In this document: piece after piece, positions 1 to 8,787 of the stretch
Position numbering within the stretch: position 1 is the first letter of the stretch
How the letters are laid out: every line of letters begins with the position of its first letter
Assembly (NCBI GenBank): GCA_024613925.1
Contig: GCA_024613925.1_4713.1
DNA length: 64,000 nucleotides
Reading direction: 5' to 3' (one strand)
Source: a phage
Program-made: the position numbers and the translations under genes
The notes under the pieces: generated by a model
The model's input: only the letters and a program-made list of their open reading frames with translations
What the model was told of the DNA's origin: nothing
The model's database searches: none

Positions 1-1096
1 GAGCCGCGTTGCTGATTAAAGACTGTGCCCATGCCATGCCGCTGTTCAGCGTAGCGATGGTACCAATCAGACCCAGCACGAAGCTGTTCGGTGTGAACGC
101 ATCCAGCTCCAGCGGGTAAACGCTGGTCATCACGTAACGCGGCTGGTACTGTACAGTCGGCGGTACCGGATAGCCGTTAACCAGAACAGGGCCTTGGTTG
201 AAGGTCGGGTTCTGCGGGCTGTAGGTCAGGTCAATGTAACCGGTGGTGGCGACCAGACGCTGTTGACTATCGTAATCGCTCATCGCTTGACGGATGCGGT
301 TAGAGATAGTTACAGTGATGTCAGAACGCACAGGGTTACCAACAATATCGCTGTCCTGCATACCGCTGGTGTTGTACTGAACGCTGCTGATTGGCTGATC
401 GCTTGCCATCATGCCCAGGTTGAACTGCGGCAGACCCAGTTTATCACCGAGACGGATTTCGATCGCGGTTTGGATTGCGTTATCTGCAGCAGACAGCAGG
501 GTGGTTGCCAGATGCGCAGATTCAGCGGTGATTTCATTGGTCACCACAGCCAGACCAGCGATACGAACAGTACCGTTAGACTTACCGCCAATAGCTGAAT
601 ACATTGCCGCCATGACTTCGTTGATGAACGTACCGTTCAGGTTATCAACCCAGGTACGCGGTACCAGAATGTTACCATGCGGACCTTGTTCTTCACGACG
701 CGGCAGCGGAGCCAGACCAGCAACCAGCGGCAGGACGTAACCGAAGAAGTGGTTATGATCACCAACTTTTGCACCGCTCATAACAACCAGGGTCGGATAC
801 GGTACGCTGTACTGGTTCGGGTCAACCGCAACAAAGATGAAGTCGTCTTTGAACTGGGTATCTTCCAGATATTTCTCCATCAGACGACGGAGATTCAGTA
901 CCTGCTCGGAGCCGGTATTACGGCTGATACGACGGCTCAGTGTACGGTTGATCGTACGCATCGTATGAGTTACTTTAGGACGGTCGGCAAAATCTGCAGC
1001 GGTTTCCAGCGCCTCATCAGCACGTTGTGCGGTGCGGGTTTCAGCTGCACGAATTTCTACATTATCGTTACCGTTATTACGTACGTCTAAGCCCAT
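1..1096 (-). CDS. abundant early protein, 5' part only (gene runs past window start); candidate phage-nucleus shell protein (chimallin) or other major protein
   Basis: Minus-strand ATG at 1094-1096 with GAGGAA RBS; frame open to position 1; N-terminus MGLDVRNNGNDNVEIRAAET; strongly biased codons (CGT/CTG/GGT); early-promoter-like element 70 nt upstream; ten genes from phuZ. Confidence 0.5.
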   Translation of the reverse strand, partial: MGLDVRNNGNDNVEIRAAETRTAQRADEALETAADFADRPKVTHTMRTINRTLSRRISRNTGSEQVLNLRRLMEKYLEDTQFKDDFIFVAVDPNQYSVPYPTLVVMSGAKVGDHNHFFGYVLPLVAGLAPLPRREEQGPHGNILVPRTWVDNLNGTFINEVMAAMYSAIGGKSNGTVRIAGLAVVTNEITAESAHLATTLLSAADNAIQTAIEIRLGDKLGLPQFNLGMMASDQPISSVQYNTSGMQDSDIVGNPVRSDITVTISNRIRQAMSDYDSQQRLVATTGYIDLTYSPQNPTFNQGPVLVNGYPVPPTVQYQPRYVMTSVYPLELDAFTPNSFVLGLIGTIATLNSGMAWAQSLISNAA

Positions 1097-1165
1097 TTGG
1101 GATTCCTCTTTTCTTAAACTTTATTAAATGACGTCATTGAATCAGCTTCTACTCGCTCATTCACC

Positions 1166-1200
1166 TAGGTAATATAACCCTGAAATTTTTTTCAATATTG
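1166..1200 (-). promoter_or_regulatory. early-promoter-like element (sense: TATTGAAAAAAATTTCAGGGTTATATTACCTA), core TATATTAC
   Basis: 35-nt element conserved in three copies (also 30177-30212, 53366-53400), each 70-120 nt upstream of a minus-strand start; core matches the phiKZ early promoter consensus as I recall it. Confidence 0.45.
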
Positions 1201-1350
1201 GTGTAACCACATTGAACGATATAAACCCCTAGGCGAACGCTGCCGAGAAGCAACATTCTTTCTACATATAATCAGGATATGTCTGTAAACTTTTACTTCT
1301 CTTATTGAGAGTAATGTCATATCCGTTTATTACCTTCTTACGGAGTTCGT

Positions 1351-2445
1351 ATGTTTCGTGTTTTAAATAACCTCCCGCGAACATCATCGGGTGTGCAACC
1401 CGTCCCTCAGAAAGACTATCTAATACGCGAAGTTCAAAGAAACCTACAGACAATCCAGAACCACTATCAAGGTTTTACCTTCGCGGTTCAGAGCGATCAC
1501 ATCCTTGCGTTGCTGCTCGCACAGCTCCCTATGAGATACGACATCTCAGTACAAACTTACTACGACATGATTCTCGATCTTACCCCAGAATTGGGTAATC
1601 GTGTCAAGTTGACAACATCAAGATACGCGGGTAAGTTATTCGACGGTGCTTTCTATCCGGGATTGCACGAAGCTATTATCGCAACCGGTGAAAGTCGTCT
1701 TATTTCACGTGACATTCTTGACAACTGGCGTAATTGGTCGCCGGTTAGAATCGTGACGCACCCGTACGCAAATCTTCGTTACATTCCTCTTCACCGAAAG
1801 CCGGTTGAAGAAGGACGAGGTTTTGCGGTCATTATGGTTGATGTACCTTTATTAGCGCTACAGTATCGAATGTGGTCTTTGGTCATGGGTCATAACGTCG
1901 ACGGTAAATGGGTGGTTAAAGAACCGGTTACAAGCTTCCTTGCGAGTTTTCCGTTGGTTAACGCATTATACTCACACAACGATGTTGTTATACGCAATCG
2001 TTGTTTATGGGTATCTCCGGCTAAGAATCCACTCAAATCACCCATTTACGTTAACGACCTTGATAACGTATTCAGCCAAGTCGTTCTGTCCGTACAGCAT
2101 CATTTATTACGCAGAAGACGAAGCTACACCGACATGCTTAAACAGATACCGAGTTTATACGGGGATCAGTACCAAGCAACCCGAATGGGTTACACCGTCG
2201 ATCTTCGACAAACACGATGGGCAAGGGATCTGGGTTGTCTGTCATTATGGCAACAACTCGTCACATTGCAAAACGTATCTGAAAGCGTCGGGTTCAGCAG
2301 TCAAGTCGATAATGACCTGTACCGTGCTGCCGACCGGAGTCTAAAAGAAGGTAACTGGGAATCCTCTCCGTTACCTGGTGATTTAAGACGTGAAGTTATC
2401 GCACAGGTTGCCGACCTCTTAAAAATTCTTCCTGCTGGTGCATAA
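1351..2445 (+). CDS. hypothetical protein (364 aa)
   Basis: ORF with GGAG RBS 5 nt upstream of ATG; followed by hairpin terminator. Confidence 0.55.
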   Translation: MFRVLNNLPRTSSGVQPVPQKDYLIREVQRNLQTIQNHYQGFTFAVQSDHILALLLAQLPMRYDISVQTYYDMILDLTPELGNRVKLTTSRYAGKLFDGAFYPGLHEAIIATGESRLISRDILDNWRNWSPVRIVTHPYANLRYIPLHRKPVEEGRGFAVIMVDVPLLALQYRMWSLVMGHNVDGKWVVKEPVTSFLASFPLVNALYSHNDVVIRNRCLWVSPAKNPLKSPIYVNDLDNVFSQVVLSVQHHLLRRRRSYTDMLKQIPSLYGDQYQATRMGYTVDLRQTRWARDLGCLSLWQQLVTLQNVSESVGFSSQVDNDLYRAADRSLKEGNWESSPLPGDLRREVIAQVADLLKILPAGA

Positions 2446-2450
2446 TCACC

Positions 2451-2508
2451 TCCCTCTTCCCTCGCATCCTCCCAACCCGTAAGGGAAGGGAGGATGGGGT
2501 GGTGGATT
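2451..2508. terminator. GC-rich nested hairpin (core ATCCTCCC-AACCCGTAAGGGAA-GGGAGGAT), bidirectional terminator between convergent genes
   Basis: Perfect 8-bp stem plus inner CCC/GGG pairs and GTAA loop; 36-nt core identical to 63941-63976. Confidence 0.55.
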
Positions 2509-2511
2509 ATG

Positions 2512-4665
2512 TTACTCTGCGGTTTCTCGCTTCGGTAAATAACTTGCTGCGATGTCTTGGGCTAACAATGTATTGTTTTTATTCGAGATGAAAATACCGT
2601 AACTTTCCATTAACGCGTAATACGAACGAACGAGCGTAGAGATCAATCGACGAATATCCATACCTTGAATAAAGATATCAGGAAGCCCGGAGGCTTCGAT
2701 CACCGGTAATGGTATCGTTAAGTTGCTTATCGTTTTCTTATCGTTACGTACAATCCAATCACGGAAACGTTGTTGTAACCCTTTATCCTCCCAGGAATCA
2801 ATCCAATCGTTAAGAAGCGTTTTGTTCTTCGTCGCCAACGGCACACGAACCCCAACATAGGGTGGTTCCTGGCAATGGCCGTACGATTGAGCAAACACCT
2901 CTTCCCACATATCGTAAGACTGTTTCGTTACCGCAACATGTGGTTTCACTTTAACACGTGTTAAGAAATCAGGATCACCACGTTTCATGGACTCAACGAT
3001 TTCGTTTTCTAACGAGATAATATCGTCAAGAACCAATCGAATGCTGATCTTCTCATTACGTAACAGCTTATCCATGATACCGCACATCATGCGTTCAACA
3101 CGTTTGACGATCATTTTTGGTGCTGACGCATCACGCATAACCGGACCTTTCAATTCCAGCTTCGGTGGATTGATAGGAACCCCTTCACGCATGGTCATGT
3201 AACCGTAATAGTTTTTACCCATCGAGGTTAACGACAGAATCAAGAACATATATTCGTTCTTCATTTCCATCACGTACATATGCTCTTTCGCTACACCGAT
3301 ATTACCAGAACACATCGCCATCAGATGAACCGTAATCTGCGTAACCAGATAGATAAGCGTGTTTGCTAAGCGCGTCGAAACTGGATTGATCTCCATATTT
3401 CCAAATCGCCACTGAACCCACTCCTGGCAGGTAAACACCGTCGAGTCGGTATCAGACAACACGCCCACTTCACGGATTGCCGACGGAAAAGCATAAACGC
3501 CAGCCGGTTGGTTCTCGGTACGCCAGAACGCCATAATCAAGTCAGCATAACTTTGGATGCGTTGCAGCATTAATTTTGTTGTTGCTGCGGTAAGACGATA
3601 ACCAAGCTCATTTCCTTTTTCTAGCGCTACGTAAATCGCTTCCCCATTCAAGAACTCCGTGCATTGTGCTGTAATCCAAGCGACCGTGTTGTTATCCATG
3701 GAAGCAATAATGGCTTTAGCCTCTTCCATCGTTTCAACAGGTTCGGATGCCAGCTCACACAACGAGTCAAGAAAATCTCGAACAAATTCAGGATTAAGCT
3801 CACGTAACGAGTACAGGTTATTGCTGTACATGTAGCAGGCGCGTTCCAACGGCGTTAAACCGGTAATTAACTCCCGGATAGTCAGTTCTTTCTCTGGGTC
3901 GAAAGTATACCGATGTAAGCATTTCGATACGTTAGCCCAAACCTCTTCCGGCGTAGGGTAATGCAGTTTGTATTTTACCATTACCTGCTCAATGGCTTTA
4001 CGATCGCTGTTACGGACGATGCTTACGATGTTTTCAATTGCGATATCACAATCGTAATAATGGAAATTGCCCGCAAGGAAGCGTTCGTTGTTCGCATTGG
4101 CTGAACCTGAAGCACAGCGACATGTTGTCGTTAGACTCGGATGCGCAATCGGATTATAAAAAGGGTTGAACTTGGACGCCTGGGTTCCTGACAAACTGTT
4201 GTTGTCTAACTTGGTGTTGGTTTGTCGTTTATCGTGTAGCTCCGCTTCGTCTTTACGTCCGTGTGCTTGCGCTATCGACATTTGTTTCTTTTGTTTCTTA
4301 CGCAACTTACCGTTTTCAACCGCAAAGTCGCTTAGCACACTGGAACGTGTTTCACGTGGATAACAGTTAGCCCACACCGGCGTGATAATTAAATTATTTT
4401 CTTTAATATCGTTGAAGTATTGGCTGAACTTGATGACTTCTTTTTCTCGATTTCCTTCGGTACGCTGCGTTAGTACAAGGCAGTCGGGATCAACCATCCC
4501 GTATTTTCCACCAGGACGAACCGTTTCAAGAACAAACTGCAACGCTTCCTGCTGAGATATCCCACGCATGCGCATTAAGAACAGGGTATAATCCTGTACC
4601 GCTTCTTTGGTCATATCCAACGTACGACCATATCCGTTTTCATCGTAAAAGAACGGATTTTCCAT
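2512..4665 (-). CDS. hypothetical protein (717 aa) with DTDS motif; possible divergent polymerase/nucleotidyltransferase-like
   Basis: Long ORF, GGAGG RBS; motif GVLSDTDSTVF at about residue 405 and KNYYG about 80 aa later; no clear motif A aspartate. Confidence 0.55.
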   Translation of the reverse strand: MENPFFYDENGYGRTLDMTKEAVQDYTLFLMRMRGISQQEALQFVLETVRPGGKYGMVDPDCLVLTQRTEGNREKEVIKFSQYFNDIKENNLIITPVWANCYPRETRSSVLSDFAVENGKLRKKQKKQMSIAQAHGRKDEAELHDKRQTNTKLDNNSLSGTQASKFNPFYNPIAHPSLTTTCRCASGSANANNERFLAGNFHYYDCDIAIENIVSIVRNSDRKAIEQVMVKYKLHYPTPEEVWANVSKCLHRYTFDPEKELTIRELITGLTPLERACYMYSNNLYSLRELNPEFVRDFLDSLCELASEPVETMEEAKAIIASMDNNTVAWITAQCTEFLNGEAIYVALEKGNELGYRLTAATTKLMLQRIQSYADLIMAFWRTENQPAGVYAFPSAIREVGVLSDTDSTVFTCQEWVQWRFGNMEINPVSTRLANTLIYLVTQITVHLMAMCSGNIGVAKEHMYVMEMKNEYMFLILSLTSMGKNYYGYMTMREGVPINPPKLELKGPVMRDASAPKMIVKRVERMMCGIMDKLLRNEKISIRLVLDDIISLENEIVESMKRGDPDFLTRVKVKPHVAVTKQSYDMWEEVFAQSYGHCQEPPYVGVRVPLATKNKTLLNDWIDSWEDKGLQQRFRDWIVRNDKKTISNLTIPLPVIEASGLPDIFIQGMDIRRLISTLVRSYYALMESYGIFISNKNNTLLAQDIAASYLPKRETAE

Positions 4666-4726
4666 AAATCCTCCAAAAGTTATTTAGTCTGTCTACATCA
4701 TCTCGTATATCTGTTAAAAAAGAAGG

Positions 4727-4740
4727 ACGGCATAAAAAAG
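4727..4740 (-). promoter_or_regulatory. TATG-class promoter-like motif (sense CTTTTTTATGCCGT) immediately 3' of a terminator hairpin
   Basis: Motif T(T)TATGCCG recurs five times (4727, 8776, 25338, 31082, 52201), each 20-85 nt upstream of a minus-strand start. Confidence 0.4.
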
Positions 4741-4768
4741 AACCGATCCAGCCGAAGCCAGATCGGTT
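4741..4768 (-). terminator. hairpin (AACCGATC...GATCGGTT) followed by T-tract on minus strand
   Basis: 8-bp perfect stem, then CTTTTTT on the minus strand. Confidence 0.5.
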
Positions 4769-4965
4769 AAAAAAGGATAATAACTGACAGAAAGATATCG
4801 ATGATGTTCGTGAAACAAGATCTTCTCTCGTGCACAATGATGCTAGATCAGAGGGAGGTTGTAACACGAGAGGCGATTCGCCAAAGAAGGAATAAAAAAC
4901 ACGAATCTATCTTATTTCACTGATGGCACTAACCACTCAAAATATATAGTACTGTATGTAAAAGT

Positions 4966-5379
4966 TTACTGATTAATCAAGTCGTTAGCAACAATCTTGG
5001 TGTAACCTGCCTGATTAAGAATTTGATTAATTTTCGTCACGTCGGTCGCATCCTCAATAACGATGCTGGGTTTATAGATCAGCGTCTTGGTAACGACGAT
5101 TGTACTCTCCTTAATCCAAGGAATCCCTAGAATCACATACTCGCCATCAGCTGTGATGACCTCGACGTAATTGTATTTCGTCGGATCGTTCGGTACACTG
5201 GACGGGAGCCGGGAATAAATCTGTTGATGAATAGCGTCTACATCACGGCCGTTGCGCACAGCCGTACGATAGTTGTACACGGCACTAATTTCTACTCCGT
5301 TGAAGTTAACCCCAAGTTCTGGGGCGTACACATCAAAACTCACAACAGAGCCAATCTTTTCTAAATCAGAAGCTGGCAT
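4966..5379 (-). CDS. hypothetical protein (137 aa)
   Basis: ORF in co-directional minus-strand array. Confidence 0.5.
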   Translation of the reverse strand: MPASDLEKIGSVVSFDVYAPELGVNFNGVEISAVYNYRTAVRNGRDVDAIHQQIYSRLPSSVPNDPTKYNYVEVITADGEYVILGIPWIKESTIVVTKTLIYKPSIVIEDATDVTKINQILNQAGYTKIVANDLINQ

Positions 5380-5390
5380 AATAGCATCCT

Positions 5391-5912
5391 TTATTTAAAA
5401 ATGTATTCGTATCCGAAGGTCGTCGCCGACCAGACCCGGATAGATGATAGTGTTCCGCCACGATAAAACGTTTTTGTGAATTCCATATCCTGGGCAACAC
5501 GATAATAAACACGTCCGATAATACGCACGATAAGGTTTCGTGATAACGATCTCTCCTCGCAGTATTCATCGATAAAGTCATCGTCGATATCCGATAAGAC
5601 AACATCTGCAATTTCTTGCAGTAGATTCCTCATCAGCATCTGCCTTCCTTCGGTACCCCACCCAGACAAACAGTAATCGTCTTCTGCCTGACTATAGATG
5701 TCGTTAACCGTCTGTTCGAGCAGTTGCTCAAGATAGTAGTCATCGCGTTTTATAACGTGGCGACGGCGCTCAGTGGCGTATTTTTCCATCCTGTGTTTCT
5801 CTTGTTCGGCGTATGTATTAACGACGCCACAGTCTTTTCTGGATCGTCCCACAATGCACGACGAAAACTGGATACTACCATAACGGTAGGATAGATTTGT
5901 ACAACCTCCCAT
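5391..5912 (-). CDS. hypothetical protein; start uncertain (alternative ATG at 5789)
   Basis: ORF overlaps upstream gene 5750-6238 in another frame; true start is probably internal. Confidence 0.35.
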   Translation of the reverse strand: MGGCTNLSYRYGSIQFSSCIVGRSRKDCGVVNTYAEQEKHRMEKYATERRRHVIKRDDYYLEQLLEQTVNDIYSQAEDDYCLSGWGTEGRQMLMRNLLQEIADVVLSDIDDDFIDEYCEERSLSRNLIVRIIGRVYYRVAQDMEFTKTFYRGGTLSSIRVWSATTFGYEYIFK

Positions 5913-6238
5913 CCGTAACGATGTGCGTTAGTCGTACGTCCGACATTGAACAGACATAACTGATTTAAGAAACAGAGCTGCATCTTCGTAAACAACACCC
6001 TGTCTTCACGTTTAACGTATCCGAGGATATACGCATTCTCGAACGCCTCGCGTGACAAGACGGGTCGATTAAGATACCGTAACGCTAGTACCAACAACGT
6101 TGTTATACGCAACGGATCTTCTGGGTCATTCATGGTGCTCAGCTCTGCTTGTAACCAGTCAGGGATAGTAACCGTCAGGCGATAGGTATCTGTTCCACGA
6201 TCAACCACATTCAATGTTGAAAAAGGCAACATATCCAT
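5750..6238 (-). CDS. hypothetical protein (162 aa)
   Basis: ORF with AAGGA RBS 8 nt upstream of ATG at 6238. Confidence 0.5.
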   Translation of the reverse strand: MDMLPFSTLNVVDRGTDTYRLTVTIPDWLQAELSTMNDPEDPLRITTLLVLALRYLNRPVLSREAFENAYILGYVKREDRVLFTKMQLCFLNQLCLFNVGRTTNAHRYGWEVVQIYPTVMVVSSFRRALWDDPEKTVASLIHTPNKRNTGWKNTPLSAVATL

Positions 6239-6776
6239 GAATTCCTTCTAGCTCGAGGTTGTTCTCGCCGGTCTTCGGTAATAACCCACTGGCCGTTAAC
6301 ATCTGCGTCATCGAGTAGTCAAAGCACGGAAATATCAGGTTAACGGTTTCCTGGATCGCGTCAACATAACTATAAATGGCTTCATAATACTCACCGTCAT
6401 GATCTACGCTAACCAGTTCCTGACACAGTTCTTCGCTTATCATTTCATATACCGGCGGATACCACGATTGAAATGGTCGCTGCATACGTAACGACCAGTA
6501 CTCATACGTCGTATACTGAAGCACGTCATATGCCGATACGTTAATGCGGTCGAAGAAAGCATACTTGTCCATATGCTGATACAACATCGCCAGCACGGTT
6601 TCCAAGCACACCGATATCCGCACGCCGTCATCTTTCCCGTTAAGAAAATTAGGTTTCTGCCGATAACGCACAAATGCCGACGGCTTTGATTGCATTATTC
6701 CACCACCAACCATAACGTCATACTCGTATCTAACGTAAAATTGAAATGCCACCAATCTTCTACACGTGGAACCCAC
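6201..6776 (-). CDS. hypothetical protein; start may be ATG at 6695 (TAATG coupling with upstream stop)
   Basis: ORF; N-terminal 27 codons overlap the 3' end of ORF 6695-7378. Confidence 0.4.
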   Translation of the reverse strand: MGSTCRRLVAFQFYVRYEYDVMVGGGIMQSKPSAFVRYRQKPNFLNGKDDGVRISVCLETVLAMLYQHMDKYAFFDRINVSAYDVLQYTTYEYWSLRMQRPFQSWYPPVYEMISEELCQELVSVDHDGEYYEAIYSYVDAIQETVNLIFPCFDYSMTQMLTASGLLPKTGENNLELEGIHGYVAFFNIECG

Positions 6777-7378
6777 GTACGAAGGATTTGGTTAACTTCG
6801 CTTCGCATCACCGATAAACGACAACGAAAGTCGAACTTCTCATCATGGCCGTAGTCTTCATGCATGAAAACTTCATCCAGAACGAACTCAAGTTGCATGT
6901 CGACATCACGGCCAGAGATATTCCGTTTGTACAAATACAACTCAATCGTGTCGTAAAGCAACGTATGAATATCATAATTTCCGTTCGGTGAGAAATAAGG
7001 TAATCGCTCATCGAGCATCGAAAACAGATATTCACTGTAGTTTAATAACGGGATGATGTACCGACGCCCTGTCTGTGGTGTGCGAATATGTATCGAAACC
7101 TGACTTGGGCGCGGAATAACCGATGGCTTAGAATCGTCTCTCTGAAATTGCTCTAAAGATCGCAACAAAGGTGGCCGCATTGTAACTCTCCAACGCCCAA
7201 TTGTAAGGCCCTTCCAACATGTGTTCCCATACGTGAATAAACTCACTACCGAAGACAGGCTCCAGCGCCATGGTGAGATTCGTAAGTTCTGACGCGGCCG
7301 CATGGTAAGCATCAACATGTCTTTCCATTGACGGATCGTCTTCATTGAAAATACGTTCTGTATCGCCAGCCCGTTCAA
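6695..7378 (-). CDS. hypothetical protein; N-terminal part doubtful
   Basis: C-terminal 100 aa look protein-like; N-terminal half is W/R-rich and overlaps ORF 7128-7757. Confidence 0.35.
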   Translation of the reverse strand: MNGLAIQNVFSMKTIRQWKDMLMLTMRPRQNLRISPWRWSLSSVVSLFTYGNTCWKGLTIGRWRVTMRPPLLRSLEQFQRDDSKPSVIPRPSQVSIHIRTPQTGRRYIIPLLNYSEYLFSMLDERLPYFSPNGNYDIHTLLYDTIELYLYKRNISGRDVDMQLEFVLDEVFMHEDYGHDEKFDFRCRLSVMRSEVNQILRTWVPRVEDWWHFNFTLDTSMTLWLVVE

Positions 7379-7757
7379 TAAGTTCGGTAATGAGATCTGT
7401 CCATGTCTCGTGACACGTCATCATTTCCTGTTCTCGACTTAGTATGCCGATGTCTGCGTGGACGCTGGACTCGAACCGGTCTAAAAGGACCCGAAGAACG
7501 TGCACCTTGTCGATGTATTTCACCGTTATCCAAGAAAGCGGTTGCCACCGACTCAGCATCCATCCGGTACTCGGGAACCCCAAACTCATATAGTACGGGT
7601 TGCACCGGACCGAAGACGGAGCGGCGTTGTTTAAATCGCTCCTTAAGGGCAAGGCCTTGTTTAATATAAACGGGTTCATTGGCGAGTTGTTCCGCTTTTC
7701 GTTTTGCGTGAGCCAATCGAAGTTCTTCCAATTGCCCAAGCCATTCAAATTGTTCAT
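7128..7757 (-). CDS. hypothetical protein; alternative-frame ORF, start uncertain
   Basis: C-terminal 130 aa look protein-like; overlaps both neighbours in a different frame. Confidence 0.3.
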   Translation of the reverse strand: MNNLNGLGNWKNFDWLTQNEKRNNSPMNPFILNKALPLRSDLNNAAPSSVRCNPYYMSLGFPSTGWMLSRWQPLSWITVKYIDKVHVLRVLLDRFESSVHADIGILSREQEMMTCHETWTDLITELIERAGDTERIFNEDDPSMERHVDAYHAAASELTNLTMALEPVFGSEFIHVWEHMLEGPYNWALESYNAATFVAIFRAISERRF

Positions 7758-8352
7758 CTGTTAGCTCCTGGGGACGTTCAACAATCGCGCCAGACGGGCA
7801 GATATTGATCGTAATGTTAATTGACGGCATCGCCATCACTCGAGGATTACTATTACGTACGCGGACAACGTGTTCGGTTGCTGATTTACGATCGACGCAA
7901 TACTCTGTTTCTTGGAACTCAAATGCTTTTAACGGCGTTGGTTTTGTTTGACGTTTAGGAACGCGGCCAAGATCAACAATATAGGCATAATCGCACACAC
8001 GTTCTATTCCGTAAATACGGTTATCCGACCAGTTCTTACCAAACAGCTTATTGTGATGATAAGACAGATATTCGGTTACCATACCCTGGACAACATCGAA
8101 GTCTTCTCGAAATTCAGGTTGGTACCAAATCGGGCCGAGAATATCTGCGAACGATTCATGACGATATCGAGGATCATGTCGAGTCCAGGTCATTCTCTGA
8201 TTAAGATCGAAATCCACCAACAACTCGGTTAATTGCAATTTTTCCTTCGGAGAAAGCTGGCGTTGATGATGCAAACTCAGACAATCGATAAGCGGTAATG
8301 AAACCCACGATGCTAATGTGTACAAATCGATCCTGGCTAATCTCTTGGTCAT
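7375..8352 (-). CDS. hypothetical protein (325 aa) with Arg-rich C-terminal tail
   Basis: Long ORF; ATGA overlap with downstream ORF start at 7378. Confidence 0.5.
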   Translation of the reverse strand: MTKRLARIDLYTLASWVSLPLIDCLSLHHQRQLSPKEKLQLTELLVDFDLNQRMTWTRHDPRYRHESFADILGPIWYQPEFREDFDVVQGMVTEYLSYHHNKLFGKNWSDNRIYGIERVCDYAYIVDLGRVPKRQTKPTPLKAFEFQETEYCVDRKSATEHVVRVRNSNPRVMAMPSINITINICPSGAIVERPQELTDEQFEWLGQLEELRLAHAKRKAEQLANEPVYIKQGLALKERFKQRRSVFGPVQPVLYEFGVPEYRMDAESVATAFLDNGEIHRQGARSSGPFRPVRVQRPRRHRHTKSRTGNDDVSRDMDRSHYRTY

Positions 8353-8442
8353 ACTCTTTTCCTAAGTCCCCATTGTTTATACACACGATATCTGGGAATA
8401 GTTAAAATATACGGCGTAAACGAAGCAGGAGAGTTTCTGACG

Positions 8443-8763
8443 TCATTTTCTCCCTCTTCGAATACCACCGATACCTCTTTCGTCTAAGACGTCCCAAGCA
8501 CGCTTTATTTCATCCTCCGTTGCTCTGGTATCTGGAGGGACAACCATAACACAGTCGTGGAATGGCCAATGTGCGGGTCTGGGGCTCGCGAACAAATCAT
8601 CCCATTCAAATGTCCATTCTTTCTTTGAGCGATTGTAGTAGAGCGTAAGGTACGTGTTGGTATACGCTGGATAACCACGCATAACTTCAATATCCTTACG
8701 ATCCCGCCGTTCCTGATCCCAATCGTTAAACCGCTTTCTTATTTTCTCCCACCACTTTCCCAT
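8443..8763 (-). CDS. hypothetical protein (106 aa)
   Basis: ORF with AGGAG RBS; TATG-class motif 20 nt upstream. Confidence 0.5.
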   Translation of the reverse strand: MGKWWEKIRKRFNDWDQERRDRKDIEVMRGYPAYTNTYLTLYYNRSKKEWTFEWDDLFASPRPAHWPFHDCVMVVPPDTRATEDEIKRAWDVLDERGIGGIRRGRK

Positions 8764-8775
8764 GCTTTCTCCTAC

Positions 8776-8787
8776 GCGGCATAAAAG
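8776..8787 (-). promoter_or_regulatory. TATG-class promoter-like motif (sense CTTTTATGCCGC)
   Basis: Same motif family as 4727-4740; lies between hairpin 8787-8806 and the gene start at 8763. Confidence 0.4.

Noticed and set aside
194-1090. Plus-strand ORFs 194-598, 411-740, 677-1090
   Set aside because: They are antisense to the strongly codon-biased minus-strand gene at 1-1096 and lack RBSs
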